DNA from: Candidatus Iainarchaeum sp.
GTDB lineage: Archaea > Iainarchaeota > Iainarchaeia > Iainarchaeales > GCA-2688035
Direction: 5' to 3'
NCBI GenBank assembly: GCA_017610205.1
Contig: JAFCCL010000012.1
Location: 1-27,870 of the forward strand
DNA length: 27,870 bases
The notes beneath the pieces are model-generated. The model ran no database searches and had not been told where the DNA came from. It worked only from the letters and a program-made list of their open reading frames with translations. The position numbers and the translations under genes are program-made. This document shows positions 24,489 to 27,870 of the stretch, piece after piece; within the stretch, counting starts at the first letter, position 1, and each line of letters opens with the position of its first letter.

Positions 24489-25754
24489 ATGAAAAGAATT
24501 TATTCTACAACAGGCAATGGAATAGGAGGCCAAATAAAAAGGCGCTATACTGATTTTGTTGTAGAAGAAGTAAGAGAAGACGGACGAGTTTGCACAGTAA
24601 AACGATTTAATGAAGAAGGAACACATTTAGAGGAAAGAATAAAAGTTCCAAAGCAAACCGAAGGCGTGGAACAACTGCATCTTGATTTGGAAAAAATAAA
24701 CAAGGACATGAATTTTACAATAAGACAACTTGCAAGATATTTACAGTGCAGCAATAGAAGAATTAGCTATGCAGGAATGAAAGATAAACGGGCAGTTACC
24801 TGTCAGAGAATCAGCATATTTCAGCCAAATGTTGAAAGGCTGGAGGCATTTGGAAGCAGGGGAATTCAGCTAAGAAATCCAGGTTGGGAAAAGGAAAGAC
24901 TTGAACTTGGGCTACTTAAGGGAAACAAATTTACAATTACAGTGAGAGATATTGATTTGCCACAGGAAGAAATTGAAAAAAAGATTAAGACATGTTTTAA
25001 GGAAATGAAAAACGGAATTGCAAACTATTTTGGAGAACAGCGCTTTGGAGGAATAAGGCAAATAACCCACAGGGTTGGAAAAGAATTTTTAAAAGGACGC
25101 TTTAAGGAAGGAGTAATGCTTTACCTTACACACACAGTGGATGGAGAACAGGAAGAAATCAAAAAGGCAAGGGAAAGGCTTTACGAAACAGGAGACTTTG
25201 CAGAAGCAACACGATTGTTTCCGCCAAAATTCAGATATGAAAGAAGCATGATTCACCATTTGTGCAAATACCCAAATGACTTTGTTGGAGCTTTTGGAAA
25301 ACTGCCAAAAAAGCTTCGTTACCTTTTCACACACGCTTACCAAAGCTATTTGTTTAATCTTATTATAGAAGAAAGGATAGCGCATGGAATTGGTTTAAAA
25401 AAGATTGAAGGAGATATATTAATTGACAATGTTCCAACAGCCCAGCTTTTTGGATTTGAATCAGAATTTACCAAAGGAAAACTGGGCGAAATTGAAAAAA
25501 AGATTTTGAAAGAAGAAGAGATTTCATTGGAAGAATTTAGAGTGAAGAAAATGGCTGAAATTTCAAGCAAGGGAACAAGAAAAGCCATTGTTTTATTTCC
25601 TGAAAAACTTAAGCTTGTTGAAATTAAAAATGATGAATTTTATCCTGAAAAACTTTGCGCAACAATTTCGTTTGAACTTTCAAAAGGAAATTATGCCACA
25701 ACTGTTTTGGAAGAAATAATGAAGAAACAAAACCATGGAAGTGAAAGCCGGTGA
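24489..25754 (+). CDS. truD: tRNA pseudouridine(13) synthase TruD
   Basis: DFVVEE, YAGMKDKRAVTCQ, GNKFTI, NYFGEQRFG, HAYQSYLFN, FELSKGNYAT; ATG 24489. Confidence 0.96.
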   Translation: MKRIYSTTGNGIGGQIKRRYTDFVVEEVREDGRVCTVKRFNEEGTHLEERIKVPKQTEGVEQLHLDLEKINKDMNFTIRQLARYLQCSNRRISYAGMKDKRAVTCQRISIFQPNVERLEAFGSRGIQLRNPGWEKERLELGLLKGNKFTITVRDIDLPQEEIEKKIKTCFKEMKNGIANYFGEQRFGGIRQITHRVGKEFLKGRFKEGVMLYLTHTVDGEQEEIKKARERLYETGDFAEATRLFPPKFRYERSMIHHLCKYPNDFVGAFGKLPKKLRYLFTHAYQSYLFNLIIEERIAHGIGLKKIEGDILIDNVPTAQLFGFESEFTKGKLGEIEKKILKEEEISLEEFRVKKMAEISSKGTRKAIVLFPEKLKLVEIKNDEFYPEKLCATISFELSKGNYATTVLEEIMKKQNHGSESR

Positions 25755-26701
25755 TTGTAGAGCTTTCCTTTTTTACAATTCCCTTTGTTGTATCAGTTAT
25801 TGCAGTGTTGATTGTTGCAAAACAAAACAAAAAAATGAAAATTACAGGAAAAGACATCAATAAAATAAACAAAAAAGAATTACCAGAAGGAGTTGGACTT
25901 GCATTGCTTGCTCCGCTTTGGACAGCAATAATAATGTTTAATCTTTTAATTGCAGAAAATACAGGATTTGTTGCATTTGGACTTACAATAACAGTACTTT
26001 GCATTGTTGGATTTTTGGATGACAGGAAACAAAAATTTAAGGTAAGAACAATCAGCTGGACAAGCAGGGCAGCCATAGTATCTCTTGTCTGCATGATGTT
26101 TGCGATGTTTTACGCACCAAACATTTTTTGGATTCCGCCATTTGCAATATTTGTAGCAGTACTTGCCTCTTTTGAAAACACGTTTGCAGGTCTTAACGGG
26201 TGGGAAATTGGAAGTGGTTTTATTATAGCCTGTTTTGTTACAATATTGCTTGCAAGTTCCGGGCCAATGCCAATTGGTCTTGGTTTAATTGGGGCAATTG
26301 CCGGTTTTTTAATATTCAATGTTTACCCTGCAAAAGTTTTCCCTGGAGACAGCGGAACACTTTTAATTGGAGGAAGCATTGCATGCATAATTATACTAAC
26401 TCAAAGAATGGAACTTATTTTTCTTACAGTACTATTCTTTTTGCCACATGCAATAGATTTCTTGTTGAAATTGTTAACAAACAAAGATGATATGAGCCAA
26501 AGCAAAAACATGCCTTACTCAATTGGAAAAGACTACAAGCTAAGGATTCCACATGGAAAGCCAAGGTATGATTTTGCAAAAATGCTTTTAAGAATTTTTG
26601 GACCAATGAAAGAATGGCTTGTTGTAGCAATAATCTGGTGCATTGTTACAGCCAACTGCATTTTTTGGATTCTTGTTTTCAACGGGTTTGGGCTGATTTA
26701 A
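25751..26701 (+). CDS. polyprenyl/dolichyl-phosphate GlcNAc-1-phosphate transferase (MraY/GPT family, AglH-like)
   Basis: GKDINK, PEGVG, GFLDD, NTFAGLNG, VFPGDSG; multi-TM; overlaps truD stop. Confidence 0.88.
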   Translation: MIVELSFFTIPFVVSVIAVLIVAKQNKKMKITGKDINKINKKELPEGVGLALLAPLWTAIIMFNLLIAENTGFVAFGLTITVLCIVGFLDDRKQKFKVRTISWTSRAAIVSLVCMMFAMFYAPNIFWIPPFAIFVAVLASFENTFAGLNGWEIGSGFIIACFVTILLASSGPMPIGLGLIGAIAGFLIFNVYPAKVFPGDSGTLLIGGSIACIIILTQRMELIFLTVLFFLPHAIDFLLKLLTNKDDMSQSKNMPYSIGKDYKLRIPHGKPRYDFAKMLLRIFGPMKEWLVVAIIWCIVTANCIFWILVFNGFGLI

Positions 26702-26730
26702 ATTCCGGCGGTTAAGTGTTTTTGTTACTT

Positions 26731-27708
26731 TTAGCGAATTTGACCTGCATTGGCTTTGAAAGCAAAAAAATAAGTTGCCATGCTTAAAAATGTTGGAATA
26801 ACCAACCTAACTAAATCAAAGAGAATTATGATTGCTACAATTTGCTGAATTGAAAGTGGCTCTACCATAAGTGATTCTACTGAAAGAAAAAGAATTCCAA
26901 AAACCTCAACAATGCCAATTCCTTTTGGAAGAAACGGCACCCGTTCAAGAATTTGAAGAATTGTAAACAGCATTAACATAGGATAAAAAGGAATTGCGGA
27001 ATTTGCAGCAAAGAAACAAAACACAAAAGCAAAGAATTCAAAAACAAAAGAAACAATTGCAATAAATGCAATCAAAGCAAGTGTTTTTGTAGAAATTGTT
27101 TTAAGGTAAAGGCTGTAATGTTTAAAATATTCAGAAACTTTGCCAAGAAAATGAATATGCTTGGAAAACCTGTCAAAAACACTTGCAATTTTGAAACCTG
27201 TTCCTTTTTTTAAAGGAAGAAGGAAAAGCAACGACGCCAGTATAACTACTGCAAAACCCGAGAAAAGAATTGCCTTAACCCAAAGCTGAAGGTCGGGATG
27301 CACCATTACAAAAAAGAAAGAAGCACTTGCCGCCAAAGCTATAACAAGAAATTTTAGACCCTTAGCAACCATTGAAGCAGAAATTGTTTCCTTATAAGAT
27401 GTTGAAAAAACTTCCTTCATTTTCAGAGAGCGCATTGCATCAGCGCCAAACTGTACAGGGGTCATTGAAGCAAATACACAGGAGAATCCTATCTTGATTT
27501 TTTCAGGAATTTTTCCACCTTTTATCAGAATTGCCCAGGCAAGCAGCCATACAATAATGCTAGCAAGAAAAAAAAGCGCTGCAACAACAAAAGCAATCGG
27601 CTCTGCTTCTGAAAGCACTGAAAAAGCTCCTGAAAGAATTGCAAGCACTGCAAGCAATGCAAAAACGCCTGCAATTATAATAAATGCTGTTTTGATATTT
27701 TTGTGCAT
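26731..27708 (-). CDS. lysylphosphatidylglycerol-synthase-TM / flippase-like membrane protein
   Basis: Polytopic membrane protein; TPVQFGAD (TPxxxGGE-like) and PFLPKGIGIVE (PGGxGxxE-like) motifs. Confidence 0.75.
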   Translation of the reverse strand: MHKNIKTAFIIIAGVFALLAVLAILSGAFSVLSEAEPIAFVVAALFFLASIIVWLLAWAILIKGGKIPEKIKIGFSCVFASMTPVQFGADAMRSLKMKEVFSTSYKETISASMVAKGLKFLVIALAASASFFFVMVHPDLQLWVKAILFSGFAVVILASLLFLLPLKKGTGFKIASVFDRFSKHIHFLGKVSEYFKHYSLYLKTISTKTLALIAFIAIVSFVFEFFAFVFCFFAANSAIPFYPMLMLFTILQILERVPFLPKGIGIVEVFGILFLSVESLMVEPLSIQQIVAIIILFDLVRLVIPTFLSMATYFFAFKANAGQIR

Positions 27709-27778
27709 TCTACCAACCTTTAGTTGAATGAGCTATTTAACTTTTTCGTCGAGGAGGGCTTTGGGACATAAATAGGTT

Positions 27779-27868
27779 TTAATCTCTGCAGATGATTAGG
27801 TAGACTCGTTTTTTGATGAATTCTTTTGGGCAGTTGACTTTGGCTCCGTTGCCAAAGGGAGTGACTCT
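27779..27868 (-). CDS. 3' end of a DUF2080-like small protein (5' end outside window)
   Basis: Manual translation RVTPFGNGAKVNCPKEFIKKRVYLIICRD* fits the V-x-PFGN-x-AK-V-x-x-PK...RVY pattern; not in the ORF track. Confidence 0.7.
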   Translation of the reverse strand, partial: RVTPFGNGAKVNCPKEFIKKRVYLIICRD

Positions 27869-27870
27869 TT

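Overview
AT-rich archaeal chromosomal window. Evidence: aRF1, Dph2, archaeal PyrH, AglH-like glycosyltransferase, TATA boxes and GGTGA ribosome-binding motifs; a DPANN-type lineage is inferred from gene style only. Housekeeping genes (mre11, ino1, CDP-alcohol phosphatidyltransferase, a degenerate thiI, cysK, ppsA, dph2, pyrH, aRF1, truD, aglH-like) flank a 4.8-kb accessory island that starts exactly at the 3' end of a tRNA-Cys(GCA) gene. The island is a tandem array of six 0.66-1.05 kb units. Each ends in a degenerate copy of the tRNA T-arm/acceptor 3' end (five clear, the last divergent), and four carry a conserved arm with dyad symmetry before it. Five units hold a complete, self-promoted toxin-antitoxin pair (4 PIN/VapC, 1 MazF) and one holds a membrane protein; no integrase is present. 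This looks like an integron-like, tRNA-anchored cassette array and is the best candidate for an undescribed system. Other highlights: a 503-aa LAGLIDADG/HTH intein inserted immediately after the catalytic GGQ of release factor aRF1, a free-standing LAGLIDADG-HTH gene splitting an inositol-lipid gene pair, and a ThiI that has lost its PP-loop.
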